Below the pieces are notes generated by a model. It worked only from the letters and a program-made list of their open reading frames with translations. It was not told the DNA's origin and searched no databases. 64,000 bases of DNA, from NCBI GenBank assembly GCA_036172245.1, contig JAYWIR010000102.1, positions 1 through 64,000 of the forward strand, read 5' to 3'. Shown here piece after piece: positions 39,431 to 52,250 of the stretch; position 1 is the first letter of the stretch; the number at the start of each line of letters is the position of its first letter. This DNA comes from Raillietiella orientalis (Eukaryota). The position numbers were made by a program, and so were the translations under genes.

Positions 39431-40649
39431 GGTCTTCCGGAAGGAGAACTTGTGGGGATGCAGACTGGGAAGGTAGATGGAGATTCGCGTGAATCCGCTC
39501 ATGGGTGGGGGCTTCCGTCCTGCCGGTCAGGCTGGCGTCCAGAGAAGTGGTTACAAGAGGCTACTTGCTCTTCACCCCCCCCCCCCTCCCTCCTCCTCCT
39601 CGCCGTGCGAGGGAGGGGCAGCAGCGGGACGTCCTGCGGTGACGACGAGGCGCGAGCACGAGCGGAGGAGAGTGGCGACGTCACGAAGGGAAAGGGACAG
39701 GCGGACGGCTGGACTCCGCGATCAGCAGACGGCGAGGGGTGGTGGAGCAGGAGGGGATATAGAGTGGGCCAGGGAAATGGGAACTCTCGACCGCGGAGCG
39801 TGACGTCACTTTCACCAGCCACTGCGAGGGGAGACGAACTGGCAGGGGGGGGAGAGGGAGGAAGAGGGGAGGTCGGATAGAAAAGGGGGGAAGGCGATCC
39901 CGGGAACTGGGGTAGAGGGGGAGGAGGACTTCCTGTCCCAAGGACTGAGAAGGTTCCCTCACGTCCCCTCAGCGGCGGGCCCCAGAGTGGGCTCGACGTC
40001 ACCTCGTCACATGCTCCCATCTCTTTCCGCCTCTTGCCCTCCACCCACGCATCGGCGTCCGTCCCAGCCTCCAGAGGCGCCCCCCGATTCATACAGGGGC
40101 ACAACCTCGTGTCATCGCCCTCCCTTCTGGGGTCCTTCCTCAAGGTCCTCTCCCTTGAAAAGAGAACCGAAAGGAAGCTCCTTCTCATGGGCACGTCCCG
40201 CCCGCCTGCGTGACCTCCTTCCCCGGCCGCGCTTGCTGTCTCCTAAGAGGCTGTCGGAGGCTGCTGCGAGGTGGCTGGTGGACGTCTGCAGACGGGGGCG
40301 GGACGAAGACCCTGGGTGTTTTCCCCGGGGGAGAACCCGCCGGACGAGGGGTAAGCGGGACGTCCTCGACCTGGTCCCTTCTTGTCTGGCGGATCCCCTC
40401 TCTCCAGAGCGCCTCATCCGCTATGGCGGGCTCGCAACCTCCGCGACCCATTCCCTCACTCGGACGCGGAAAGTCTACCGGCTAAGGAGAGGGAGGGGGT
40501 CAGCCTTGATGGAGGGTGTGGAGGAGGAGCAGCAAGCGGTTGCCTCGCGACGAGTGGCGCGCGCGGCTGCGTTGCGTTGGCAGAGCTCGCAGCGGCAGTC
40601 GGGCGCACTCGTCACCGACCCTGTCGCGGCCGCCTCCCCCGAGCTCTAA

Positions 40650-42780
40650 GCGGCGCCATTTTCGTAGAATTTCAGTGGAATTTTTGTAGAATTCAACCTT
40701 GAGTTTTAGTACATAAAATCGAAGATAAAATGATAATTAAAAGAACTTTTCTTATTACTCCGTTGTGTGTTGCTTAGTTTGTGTACGTGAATACTTGAGG
40801 ATTCTGTTAAATATTCTATACAAATTATTAGCTATTTAGGCATTCTACTAAACATATTCATTACTATACAATGTGTAGCCAGTGTGCTCAATTGACCGAG
40901 TGAATTATTGAGTTTACAGTGTTTACAGTCCAGTCAGAGTCGCGTAATTTACACAACGACGTCGAGAGCGGGAATTCAAGATGGCGGCCTCCGTCTGGAG
41001 TGCGCTCTCAGGAGCGCAGCTGCCGCCACGTGTTCGAGCGCCTTCCGACCCCCTCCCTCTCGCCCACGACGACATCCTCTCGCGCACGCTTGTCGGGTCT
41101 TTCGTGAGCCCGGATGAGACCCCCGTCTTCCTCTGAGAAGGCGGCGGGATCACGGGCACTCTTGCCATTCCACGCCCTTCTTTGGCCCGCCGCCCCTCCC
41201 TTCGCTCCTGGGGCGGAGGGGGCGTGCACCCGCAAGGCCTCATCGTCGAAGCGGGGCCAGTCGGCCCGCGGATTGCGTTTGGTGGCACTCCCAGTAGCTG
41301 ATCCCTCTGGTCGGCGGCCCCACGACTCGCGGGCGACCTCTCCCCTGGGCGCCACCCCGCGAGCCCTTCCCGCAGCCTCTCGCGGAATAACCGGAGAGCG
41401 CGCGGCCACCCCCAGGGGGAGGCAGGTCCCCCGAGAGTCTGGGCTTCTGGGGAGGGCGGCGCCTCCCGGTGCACCCGCTGCTCCTTCCGAAGCTGCCGGG
41501 CTGGGAGCAGCACCGGTTCCAGGAACGTCGGCGCGGGCGTCCCAGCCCTCTGGAGAGGAGCGCGGGCCTTCCTCTCCCTTTTCCCTGCCACGGGCGCCCG
41601 CGACTGGGCTCCCGCCTTTCGCGAGACCCATCGTCACTCGCATGCGTCCCACCGGTGTGGGACGCGCACTCCCTTCCGGAGGCTGCAGAGGATGCTTTGG
41701 GTTTCTCCGGCACCGGAGGGATTTCGCGGCACGCGGCTCTCCACCAGTGCCGGGAGGCGCCGTTCTACTAGAATTCCAGTGGAATTCTAAGCTTGCATTT
41801 TAGTGAACGAGACCGAGAGTAAAGGATGACTGCAAATTGCTTTTTTCAGTATCATTATCATTATTACTCTTTGTGCATGCAAATATTTGGTGCCTCTATC
41901 AACGAGTGCCTCTGCCCTACTCCACGCTCTGCATGCAGTCTTCCCTGCGAGTGACACGGGGTCGTTTGAATTTATTATTATTGTTGCAGCAATTCCGTTC
42001 CTTGTGCTTTGTGCATGCAAATATTTGGCGATTCTCTATCAAGTATTCTATCAGAAATTATTAGATACCTACATATTCTACGAAACGTATTTATTAAGTA
42101 AAACCCGCTGCGTCTCACGAGCATCCTTTCGTTACCTAGCGACGGGGGCCCGCTCATGGGAAGAAGGACGCTGTGACGTTGCAAAACGAAAACGAAAAAA
42201 GTATCCACGGAAAAGCAGTGAAATCTTTTCTTGAAGCCACGCTCCTGGCGACTCCCGCTCAAAGATACCAACTTCTTCGCGGTTGAAAAAAAACTAAGGG
42301 ATTCCCAGCGCAGCCTTCCTTTCCTGGGAATCCGTTCCCTTCGGATCCCTGTTCCAAGGGTGCTACACAGCTAGAGATGGCCCGTCAGTTCAGAATGGGC
42401 CCGGTCTTTCCAAATGCAAGACCTAACCAACACGTTTACTACTACTACTATTTTGCAATTCCTAAGCAAGGGGACAAATGAGTCATTAGGTTATCCTTCG
42501 ATGTGCTCGTCCCAGATCCTTCGTTTGGAGATCCTTCGTTTCGAGTGAAAAAACGCAGCGAGATGGGCGGAAGGGCTCCATCAAGGTCCACCATTACATC
42601 AATTAGGAAATGACATCGAATTTACATGCGCGACACGCAGTCATATAATAAATATTTCGTTTTTACATACGGTGCATCGATGAATGCCTCCTCCCTGCTC
42701 CGTGCGTTGCATGCAGTCTTTCCTACAAGTGGCACGGGGTCGATTGAATTTATTATTATTGTGGCAGTAGTTCCATTTTA
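40650..42780. repeat. Diverged dispersed repeat family with nested direct repeats
   Basis: GGCGCCATTTTCGTAGAATTTCAGTGGAATT (~40652) vs GGCGCCGTTCTACTAGAATTCCAGTGGAATT (~41756), with similar AT-rich continuations (40775-40865 vs 42005-42098). Exact 22-mer CTTTGTGCATGCAAATATTTGG at 41869-41890 and 42007-42028; 41900-41998 recurs at ~42680-42777. Confidence 0.75.
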
Positions 42781-42949
42781 TTGATGACTGTATTCATCCT
42801 TACTCTTCCTTTAATGGACGGTGATGCTTTGATTAAGCTCTCGTCTTCAGCGCGCGCAAGAGCGGCGCGTTTCAGAAACGTGCTCATTTTTTGTGTGTGT
42901 GTTTTCCGAAGGAAGGGTTGGGGTGGGGGGGCATTTTTCGTGTCCGCAC

Positions 42950-45900
42950 CGAGCCGATCAGTCCATGCCGGTCCAGAACTCGTCCTGCTTGGTTGCATCC
43001 CCTAGGAACCGTCCGACCTTCCTTACGGACCGTCGTCGTCATCATAGGAACGGAAGAGTTCACGATGGACGGACTCGTCCATCCGTCGTTCTACGCTTCA
43101 CGTTCTCCTGAAAAGGGCGTTTCTGTTGTGACTGCCGTCGTGGCTTTGCTTTCTCCTGCATCAGAGACCTCGAAACTACAAGCAAGGGGGCACCGAGGTC
43201 CTGGAGAGGGCTCGCCCAGCCTTCCCCTTGCCCGCCCCTTCCGAACGGGGACTTATCGACCCGTCCCCAAGAAGTCCCGCGGAGGTGGTCCAACTGCTGC
43301 TTCCGGCGCTTATTCTCTTTCCTCAGGCTATGGTGATGCCCTCGGGTGCTGCTGATCACGAAATCTTTCCTCTGCTCGCCTCCCGCGAGATGCCTACTCA
43401 TGTTTCCCACCGCTCCCGGTCCCCCTGCCGAGGGAGTGAAGCTGCTGGAGCCCGATGTGTGTCCTTCGGGAACGAGCCTGTCCCTCGATGGTGTCCCGAG
43501 AAATTGCCGGGCACCGGGAAGTTCTGGAGAGCACGCTGCCGGCCTAGGCAACCGTCTTCAGAGAAAAGACCACGCGACCAGCCGGGCGTGGATCCTCCCG
43601 ACAGCGGGAGCGGCCTTCCGGTATCCCAAGAAGGTCTCGCCGCGGACGCTCCCGCCTCGACTTCGACCCTCCCCGCTACACCAGACGCCCGGAACGCGTG
43701 TGAAGCGGCGAGGGGAGGCCGCGGTTCTCGCCATGGAGCACAGGCGGGTTCGGGAGCAGGCGGACGCTTAAGAACGACCCCCTTCGCAGGCGCATCCCGG
43801 GAAGAGGACACGCCGCCCCGGACAGGGATGTTGGCGCACCTCTGAGATCCACGGGTCCCCGAAAGGGCCGGAGACTTGGTGGGGTGGCACGAGAGCTAGC
43901 GTTTGGCCGTCCACGACGCTGCGCGCATTGAAGAGGTCGGGCGTGCGGCACCCGGGCGACAGGGCGACTACTCCGCGCGCGCGCATCGCAGCTTCCGGAC
44001 ACGGACGGCGCTCCAGTCGGGTCCTCGGAGGAAGGGGGCTGCATGCTTTGCGGCCGTTGGCGGGAAGAGTTCCGCGGATCCTATATGGGCGCGGCCGGGA
44101 CCGGGAAGCACCGTCCCAGAGGGAGAAGACATTCCGCCGCATCTCCGGTTCGCCACGGGAGCAGAGGCCGGCCTGCAAGATCTGGCCGCCGCCCCCGAGG
44201 CGCGCGCTCCTCCTCCTGTGGAGGCAGCCGCCTTGCTGCCGACCGACGTCGACGCACCCCCGCGGGTGCTCCGACACTGCGCTGGTCAGGCCCCTTGCCC
44301 GAGGAGTGCAGGCCGGGAGGTGGAGCCGCGGGCTGGACCGCGGGCTGCAGGAATAAGTCATCTCGGAAGGAAGAAGAGGGGACCCTGTCGCGGCTCCGAG
44401 CCGCCGCCCTCTGCCCCCGAAGGGGTCGCACGCTCCCTGACCAATAGCGCGCCTCCCTGGGTGGGCGCGGAGATGCTCTGGCTGACCATTTCGTCCCCGC
44501 ACGGAGGAGTCGCTCCGGAATACGATCGCCTCTTGGCGCCTCCTGAGCGGCAGCCGCCCGCGACGGTTCTCGACTTCCCTGTCCCCTCGAGATGCGCCAC
44601 AGCCCCGACGCCCTCTCGCTCTTCTCCCGGAACGCCTCCGAGCGACCGCCACCCTGTCGGATCCAGACGCTTCTCCTCCTTCCTCTTCTTCCGAGGAACG
44701 CGGCTAGCCCGCGTTCCTCGGAAGAGAAGGCAGCTGGCGGTCGCAGCGGCACGTCATCTGACCCCAGTCAGGAGTTCAGGAAAGGCCTTCGCCGGCCCCG
44801 CTTGCTGGTGCGGCGAAGAGATGCGCGAAAACTTGCTTGAACTTTTTTTTGCGTGGGAAGCGCCCCCGGGACGGGAGAAGGAGCAGGAAGGGAAGGGTGG
44901 CTCTTGACGGCAAGGACGTGGGCCCGTTTTTTGCCTCTCTCTCCCCTGTCAGATGAGGGCGGGTGCTCAAAATAGAGCTGCCGAGGCCGAGGGTCCATCC
45001 CGGAAACTCCACGGCCTGTTACTTCCCCTCTGCCTCCAGGGGGCTCCGACGCGCTGGCGCTTCGGAGGGGCCGAACCGCCGGTGGCTGCGGATCGGGCGG
45101 GGAGACTCAGAAACTCTGGAGGGGAACAGCTCCTCAGAGCGACGCGCGTCCTCTCCCTGGGAGCAGCACCGGCCAGAGATGCGCCGCATCCATTCCCAGT
45201 CCTTCTACCGCCGCCCGGAGGCGGAAGATCTGGCAGCAGGGGGAAAACATGGCTACCCGTGCTCTTCCCCTTCCCGGGAGGGGGGGACCGCATGCTTTAC
45301 CGGAGGAGGGTCGTGGGTCCCCCACGATGACCCACGAGGAGACGGAAGTTCCTCGAGTATCGGGAAGAGCAGCGCCCGCGGTTGCAGACCTGCAGGCCTT
45401 CCGAGCAGGGGCTGCTGCCGGGCGCACTCATGGGGGCCGAGGCGATGCCTAGACGAGGGACCCCGCGCCGTTTCCCTCGTCCATTGGATCTCATGAGGCG
45501 CCACGTGGGCGCGTGGGCGGACCTCCCCGGCTCCAAAGTTCGCCTCCCGCATGCCAGGGCGCACGAGACCTCCGATTTCCACGAGCGCCACTGAGACTCG
45601 CCGCTGCTTCAGGATTCCCCCCGACGAAGCTGCGCATCCCCGGAAGGGGTCGCCTCGCCCCAGCCCTGCCCATTCCCCGGAGACAGCCGCGGCCGCTGGG
45701 ATGGAGCCGGTGCGGGCGGAAGCGACGAGCAGAGGGGAAGACCGCACAGGCTGAAGGGGGTGGCGGGGGAAGGGAGGAAGTCTCCGGGAGCGGAAGCCAC
45801 GCGCGCCCTCCATCCCCGGGTGGAGCCATACTCAGGCAGTGGCGGGGCTCCGAGGAAAAGGCGAAGGACGTGGCCGCAGGGTCTCCAGCCGCCTCCGCCG

Positions 45901-47400
45901 CCGCCTCCAGACATCGCCCTCTTTGTGAGGCGCCGAAGAAAGGTATTCGCGCGGAGGAGGCGAAGGTCGGTGAGTGCAAAAAGCAGAGCGGGCGGACTCT
46001 GCGACGCCTCCGCCACGAAGCGGACGCGGGACCACCTCTCGCAGGGCGGTCCCTAGCAGGAAGGGTGGGGGGGGGGGGGACGGGCGGAGAACGCCCGACG
46101 AAGAGACGGTCCCGGGCGCCCCGCTCCATCCCTCCCAGCCACCCCTGGCGCGGGAACCGCTCTTCGCTCTCCGTGTCACCCCTTTCCTCCCAGAGGTTGT
46201 CTAGGGAACGCCGCCGCTCCTCTCCTGCTAGCTCCGCGGCGACGGCGGCCCCTCAATCCTCCGAGTCCTCTGCCGCCTCACTCGCGGGTCGCCGAGCAGC
46301 CTGCCGCTCCTGGCAACCGTCCTGCTGTGGACCATGGGGGGTGTACGGTGTGATCGCCCGCCCGCGGGCCGCCGGGGAAGGAGGTGAACCTCAGAGGACA
46401 TCAGTGGGCAGCCCGAGCTGTTCCCCGGCGGCGTCGCCATGCCGCGGCGACGTCTCCGACCTGAAGCGAGCGGCCCGGCGGCGAGACGACAGTCCGGCTC
46501 GCCTGGCTTCGCACCCTCCTCATGGCTGCGGGCGATTTTCGGCAATTACCGGAGGCACCCATCCTGTCCCTTCTTTCCGAGGACACTCGGTGCGGGGATC
46601 CTCATTCGAGTCTCCCGTAAGAAGGACACTCGTCTCCCGCTCGGGCAATGCCGTCTCACTGCATTCTGGAACCATGGAAACGACTCCCATGTTGCGGATC
46701 GGCATCCCTGAGCTCCATCGCAAGTGCACAGCCCCCCGCGCCCCATGCAGTTTCCAGCTGCACCCTCTGCAGCAACCGTTCAGTGGATGTGCATTCCCCG
46801 AATCGTAGCTCCTGGCGAGATGTCCCAGAACTTCTCTTAAGTCACGCGTACACACACATATACGTACACATGTATGCACATGAGACTAGGAAATGAGTGA
46901 GCGAGAAAGGACGCGACTGAAGAACCGCGGAAGATCTCACCAGGACCCACGATTCGCGGAGATGCGCACCCACCGAGCCTCGTTGAGGTGGCAGCTGCAA
47001 GCTCGCGCTGCTGCCTCTGCCAAGACGCTGTTCCGGTGCTGGGGATATCTGCTTGCCGCTGGCGCAGGGGGCACTTCCGCGCCCCAGGTGCACCATCCCT
47101 CTCGTGGTGGACTGCATGCAGCGGCGTTGCGACGGAGACCGTTCCCCGGTGGAAGATCCGGTTGCCGGGTAGCGAGGAACAGGCGTGTTCCGGGAGGTGC
47201 TCGTTCCGTCGTCGATCCGCATCGCCTCGGCAAAACGAACGCGTTCCGTGCGCCAGCGCTGCGGAGCAGCAGCAGCACCTGCCTGCAGTTGGTACGCAGC
47301 TGCTGTTCCTGCTCGTCTGAAGGAAGGAAGGGTGGGCGGGGCCCCCGACGCTCCAAGCCCTACCCCATTTTCGTCAGGGAGCATCCTCTCTTGAGCCGGC
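42950..47400 (-). mobile_element. Decayed, GC-shifted Ty3/Gypsy (Mag-like) gag-pol
   Basis: Minus strand in order: knuckle-like GRGSAPCASGKQ (~47050); GVVSMVPE (protease-like, ~46680); LTDLRL, GFRSRRLP and LVEIGGL..REANFGAGEV..RAHV (45500-45980, RT); GEPEMRR..DG..IRGTLPANG (~44050-44160, integrase N-core); NALFRR tail (~43110). Confidence 0.55.
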
Positions 47401-50400
47401 CGACAGCAGGCATCCGGAAGACCGTTCGACGGCGTTCTCGGGTTGAAGAGCTGGACCTCGGAGAGCTGTGAGGGAGACGCGGCGGCAGCCATCCCTGGGG
47501 GCAACGTGGCGGGCGCGCTCGTGCGGGAGCGAGCGATCCCCAGTCGGAGGGGGGGACCCCGGGGAGCCCCTGTGTGCCGCCCTGGCCGGCAGCGGCACGC
47601 CCTAGGGATGGCAAGGAGGGAGCAGGTGCTCGGAGGGCGGTATCCGGCGACTGGGGCCGATGCGGACGACCGGGGTCTTGAAGCAGGGCGAGGACATGTG
47701 TGCGGTCTTCTGATGGACCGCGGGTCCTGCGGAGGGACCCCAAGACCCCGGGAGCTCACCCGGTTTTGCGCCCGACCCCGGTCGGGTTGCGCGTTCCCCC
47801 GCGTCCCTGCGGCAGTCAGTGGAGGAATCTGCCGGAGCGGGTGAGCAAAGGCAGAGCCCACCGGGCCCTCTGCCCCGGTGGGCCCGCGAACGTCGCCGCC
47901 CGCTTTGAGCGCGAGCGGAGGGAGGGGGAGGAGGAGGAGCAAGGAAAAGTTCTGCGGCCTTCTCCCAACGAGAACCGAGGGATGCTCTGGACGGTTCCTC
48001 CGCGATTCTAAAAGAAGGGAGAAAACCGACTTTACCCTCTCCGCCCGCTTCCTGGGATGCTGCTGCACTCCCCAGGGATGGGGCGCCGCCGCCCATGCTG
48101 CATCCTCGGCGTGCCTGCGCTCCCGCGCCCTCGACGAAGAGCGCGGCGCTCCACTCCCGGAAACGGCGCGGCAATGCGACCGACTGGTCCAGGGAGCCCT
48201 TGCGACGCCGGGAAAGTGGGCGAAAGTCGCGGGAGCGGTTCCACAGGCAGGCCAAGAGCCGCCCTCGTGAAGAATGACCCCGAGTCGCTGCCCACCTCGC
48301 CTCCGCTGGAATCACCCTGCCGTCATCGTCATTGCTTTCACCATCATCTTGCGAGCGGCGGGACTCGCCCGAGCCCTCCTGCAGAGCTCCCGCTCTGCTG
48401 CCGACGGGGGAGGGGGCCGGCCCGCTGTCCCTGAAAGCGTCCCGGAGGATCCCTAGGCACCCCCGAGCCGCCCGTGAAAGCGCCGGCGGCGGTGCACGGG
48501 CAGGGTGTCCCGGGGCCGCGCCCTCCTTCCGCATCTCTTGCTTGAAGATGCGACCGCTTGGAGAGCGATGGGAACAGGAAGGACCTCTCATCCTCGTGGT
48601 CACTTCTGAACACCCATCCGGGGTGCCTCCAGGGGCCCCAGGAATCCGAGTTGGGGACCGGGTGCGGAGCGGCCGCCAGCCCGGCCCATGCAGAGGAGTG
48701 CTGACGCCAAACGCTCAAAGCCTCTGCCGGCGGGGACGGACCCTCCGGCGCAACTCCGCAGTCTCCCGGGGCTCCGTGCTCGAAAGGCCCCCTTTCCGTC
48801 TGCCAAGAAACGCCTGGAACGCAGTCAGGGAGCAGAGGGCTCTGTGCGGAACGCAGGGGGCGCCGCGGCCGGCGGCGGCCAAGCCCTCGGAAGACAACTC
48901 TTGGTGTCCTTCGGATGACCCGAGGCCGGGTTCCCCATCGGCTTCCTCCTGCACGGTCCTGCGCGGCGAAGGGAGGTCCCCAACCGCTGTCGACAGCGCA
49001 CGGGATGAATCTGGAGCAAAGGAGGTCGGCATGGCAGCTGGCAGCGGCGGGACCAGACCGAGTCCTGGGGAAGGGGTCCTCCCCCCTCCTTATCCTTTGA
49101 AGAGGTCCCACAGCTCCTGGCTGGGAACAGGGTAACGGGGAGCAGCAGATTGCACGCACCTACTCCGGTGCCGCTCGTGAGGTCAAGGGCTGCCCATCCT
49201 CTCGCTGGAGGGACAACCCGGGCAAGCAGCAGTAACCCCGCCGGGCCGGGATGCTCCACGCCCGCGCATTCAAGCTGCGTCCTGGATGGGAGGCTGGCGG
49301 AACCGGCAGGGCCGGAGGGCTCTACAGGGCTCCCGGGACCTCTCCGACCTGCCCCCTGCATGGCCGCATTTCCCACCACCAGCAGCTGCGCCACCGCCCA
49401 GCCCGGTGATCCCCGCGCCCCGGGCGGCTTCGGGAACGGACCTATTCCCGTGAGCTCTGCTCCCTTCCCCCCCCCTAGACTCCGAGATCGAGCTCATCCC
49501 AGCGCTCCATGGGGGGGGCGGGCGGAGGCCTCCTGCCCCTCTGAGAATCCCGCGACGGCCCCAAGTGCTCCGACGCAGCGCGAGCGGCCACGTGAGGAGC
49601 GCCGCCGCTCCCACGCGAGAGGTCTCTCCAGAGCCTTGGACCCCCATCGAGAGAGTCCGGGCCCCCCAGAACTGCTTTCCGAGAATTCCAAGCCGCCCTC
49701 CAGGAGGGTAGGAAACCTCCTCACGGGGTGACTACGCCCCGGAGGCGGCTGCCTCATCGATCCGCCCGCAGGCAAGCGTGGACGGGAGGTTATCTCCTTC
49801 CCACGCGCCTTGCTGCCCCGTAGCCTCTCTCGCCGTACGGAGGCGCGGAAAAGGGGGGGAGGGAACCTACCGTACCGGAGTCCCGCGCGGGCAGGCGGTC
49901 TGGGGTGCTTCCGCGGGCCTGCAGGGCGAGGAAGCGCCGTTCGATTGCCACGAAGTGGGGATGGGGTGGGAGCGGGGGGATGTTCTTCTCCCTGCTCGTG
50001 GCCCCGCCTGCTTCGCGGAGGCTTGATCTCCCAGGGCGAGGGAGGAGTCCTTCAGTGGCGGGGAAATCCTCCGGGAGCGCGCGCGCCCCGTGGCGTGGAG
50101 GCGGGGCGGGGCGGTCTCAGGTTCGATCGAGCCGGCAACGCTGCCTCCTCCCTCGCATCCGGGAGGCCTGCCCACCTGCGAGTCTTCCCGCGACCCCGGC
50201 GTCGTCGTCCCCAAAAGCCGCCGTTTCGTCCGCAACCCCACGGGGGGCCATTCGAGCTGCTGCTGCCACTACGGGGCGCGCCACCGAGATCCGCCCGCGC
50301 GGCGGCACCCGCTCTTTGCCTTGGTGGCCTCGCTTCTTCCCTCCGCCTGGACGGTCGACCCAACCTCCCGTCGTGGTCATTTGACCTCTTCTCGGAGGGT

Positions 50401-50999
50401 GTGTGTGGCAACTCCGACTCTTCCGCCGGGGTAGCGCGAGCTCGCGACTTCCGGGGTCTGCCGCGGCCCACGCGGCGCCTACGAGAACTCCAGAGAGAAA
50501 GGCAGCAGCAGCAGCGCCGGCAGTCCACATGAACAGTAGGGGGGCCGTAGGTGTAGCTCGGGCGGACGCCCCACTACTCGAACCGACGCGCACCTCTCCA
50601 TCCGGCGGAAGGGTCCTCGCCCTCCGCTGAACGGGGAGGTCTCGAAGAGGGGGGGAGGCGTTCTCTACGCGCTGGCGAGAGGGGTGGGATGGAGCAGACC
50701 CTCCTCTTGGCGCACACCCAGGGCGAGCGCGCACGCACGTGGTTGGCGCGGGGTGGTGCTCGGGCAGAGGGGTGGGTCCACCTTCTCTCCCTCCCCCAAC
50801 TCCAGCGGCTCTTCCCCCGCTCCTGAATCTTCGGGGACGCTGACTTTCTGAAAGGGCGAAGGCGAGGAAGGCAGCGCCTGAGGAGCGCCCACGGGGCAGG
50901 GCTGCTCCCGGATCGCTCTGCAGTCCCAGAGCCCGCGTGATGGCGCGTGCAGGCTCGTCCCTTTCGCCCCACCTCCCCCTCTTCGCTCTCGGGATCAAC

Positions 51000-52250
51000 G
51001 GGTTCGCCCCGACGGCCCTCCACGGGCGGCGTCCGGGAAGACCTCCCAGGAGGGCCGCTCCACTCCGGGCAAGAGCGTTGCCACGGCACCCGGCGTCCAC
51101 AAGGGCAGTCCGCGGCTGAGGCGTGCGCGCATACCTTGCCTCGGTGCCCCACTCGCGACGCGCTTGAAAGGGGTCGCGTGCTGGGTCTGGCCCCACTGGT
51201 CGGGAGCGGCTCTTCATCCCGACGGACGCAGGTTCCGCTTTCCAGAGCTGCTGGCTGAACCGGGGTTCGTCTGATAGTCCTTGGGACCCGGCGCTGTCGT
51301 TCGGGAAGAGGAGCGCCTCAGGGGCGCCTCGCTCCCCAGACGGAAGAGCGCTTCAGATGCATCCTGGCATCGTCATTTCCTGGAAGGCTGCTGTCCCGCG
51401 GGCTCAGACTCATTTGCAAGCCCGCTGATAAGAAAGTGGTTCAAAATTCCTCAACATCCGGTCACTGCATGGCGAGAAGCGCTGCTTTTTCGGGGGCGGG
51501 GTCACATTGACAGGAAGGCGTCCTCAATCTCGCTCGCATCTCGTTCGTCTCTGTCTGAGATGGGAGTCCCGGACGGCGCGACTCCCCCCTACCCACTCTC
51601 CGGGGTTCTCGGAGGGCTGCGTCCGATCGTCTCCGCGCCTGCGGGCGTCCGCTCTGGGCTCCTAGCGCAGGTGCTCCTTTCAAGCGACTTCATCCTGCGG
51701 CCACGTCAGGACTTTCGCTTTGCCTCCGTTCGCCTCGTTCGATCGTCCAGGGCTTACCACGGTTGCCAGGGTTTCCCGCTTCGAGAGGTCTCCCGGCGAG
51801 CTCGAACTCGGCAGCGCCTCGGGGAGTGGGACGGCGAAAACGGACGCTTCCGGGGTGTCTTTTCGCGACCAAGAGGAGCTGTCCTTCGCTCCTTTGCTCA
51901 ACGGCGCAACGACGGACAACAGTCCGGCCGGAGGGGGGCGCGGACTCGAGGTTTCCAGAACGCCCCGCGCAATGCTGACACCTCCTCCTCTCTTCCTGGA
52001 GCGTGCGCGGTCCTCGAGATCCGATTCGCGTTCCCGAATGGATTCTACGGCAACGGAGATGGCGCTGCGAGCCGACGTGACCTCGACTTTTCGCCACCGA
52101 ATGATGTGGTCGACGGCTGCCACCGTCTCGTCTGTCAAGCCGGCCGCAATCCTCCCAGAGCACAAGGAGTATCCCCGAAACTGGTTTCCGAGGTGACGGA
52201 AAGCAAACCCCACATCGCCGTTGCGGCACGCTGGGCCCGTTTCCCGGGTG
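51000..52250 (-). mobile_element. Second decayed GC-shifted Gypsy RT N-terminal remnant
   Basis: ORF 51680-52213(-): GLTDETVAAVDHII, ARGVLETSS..LLSVVAPLSK..RKD..SVFAV, resembling G.....H.I, .GIIEP...W.SPIV.V.KKDG.VR.CVD. Confidence 0.45.
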
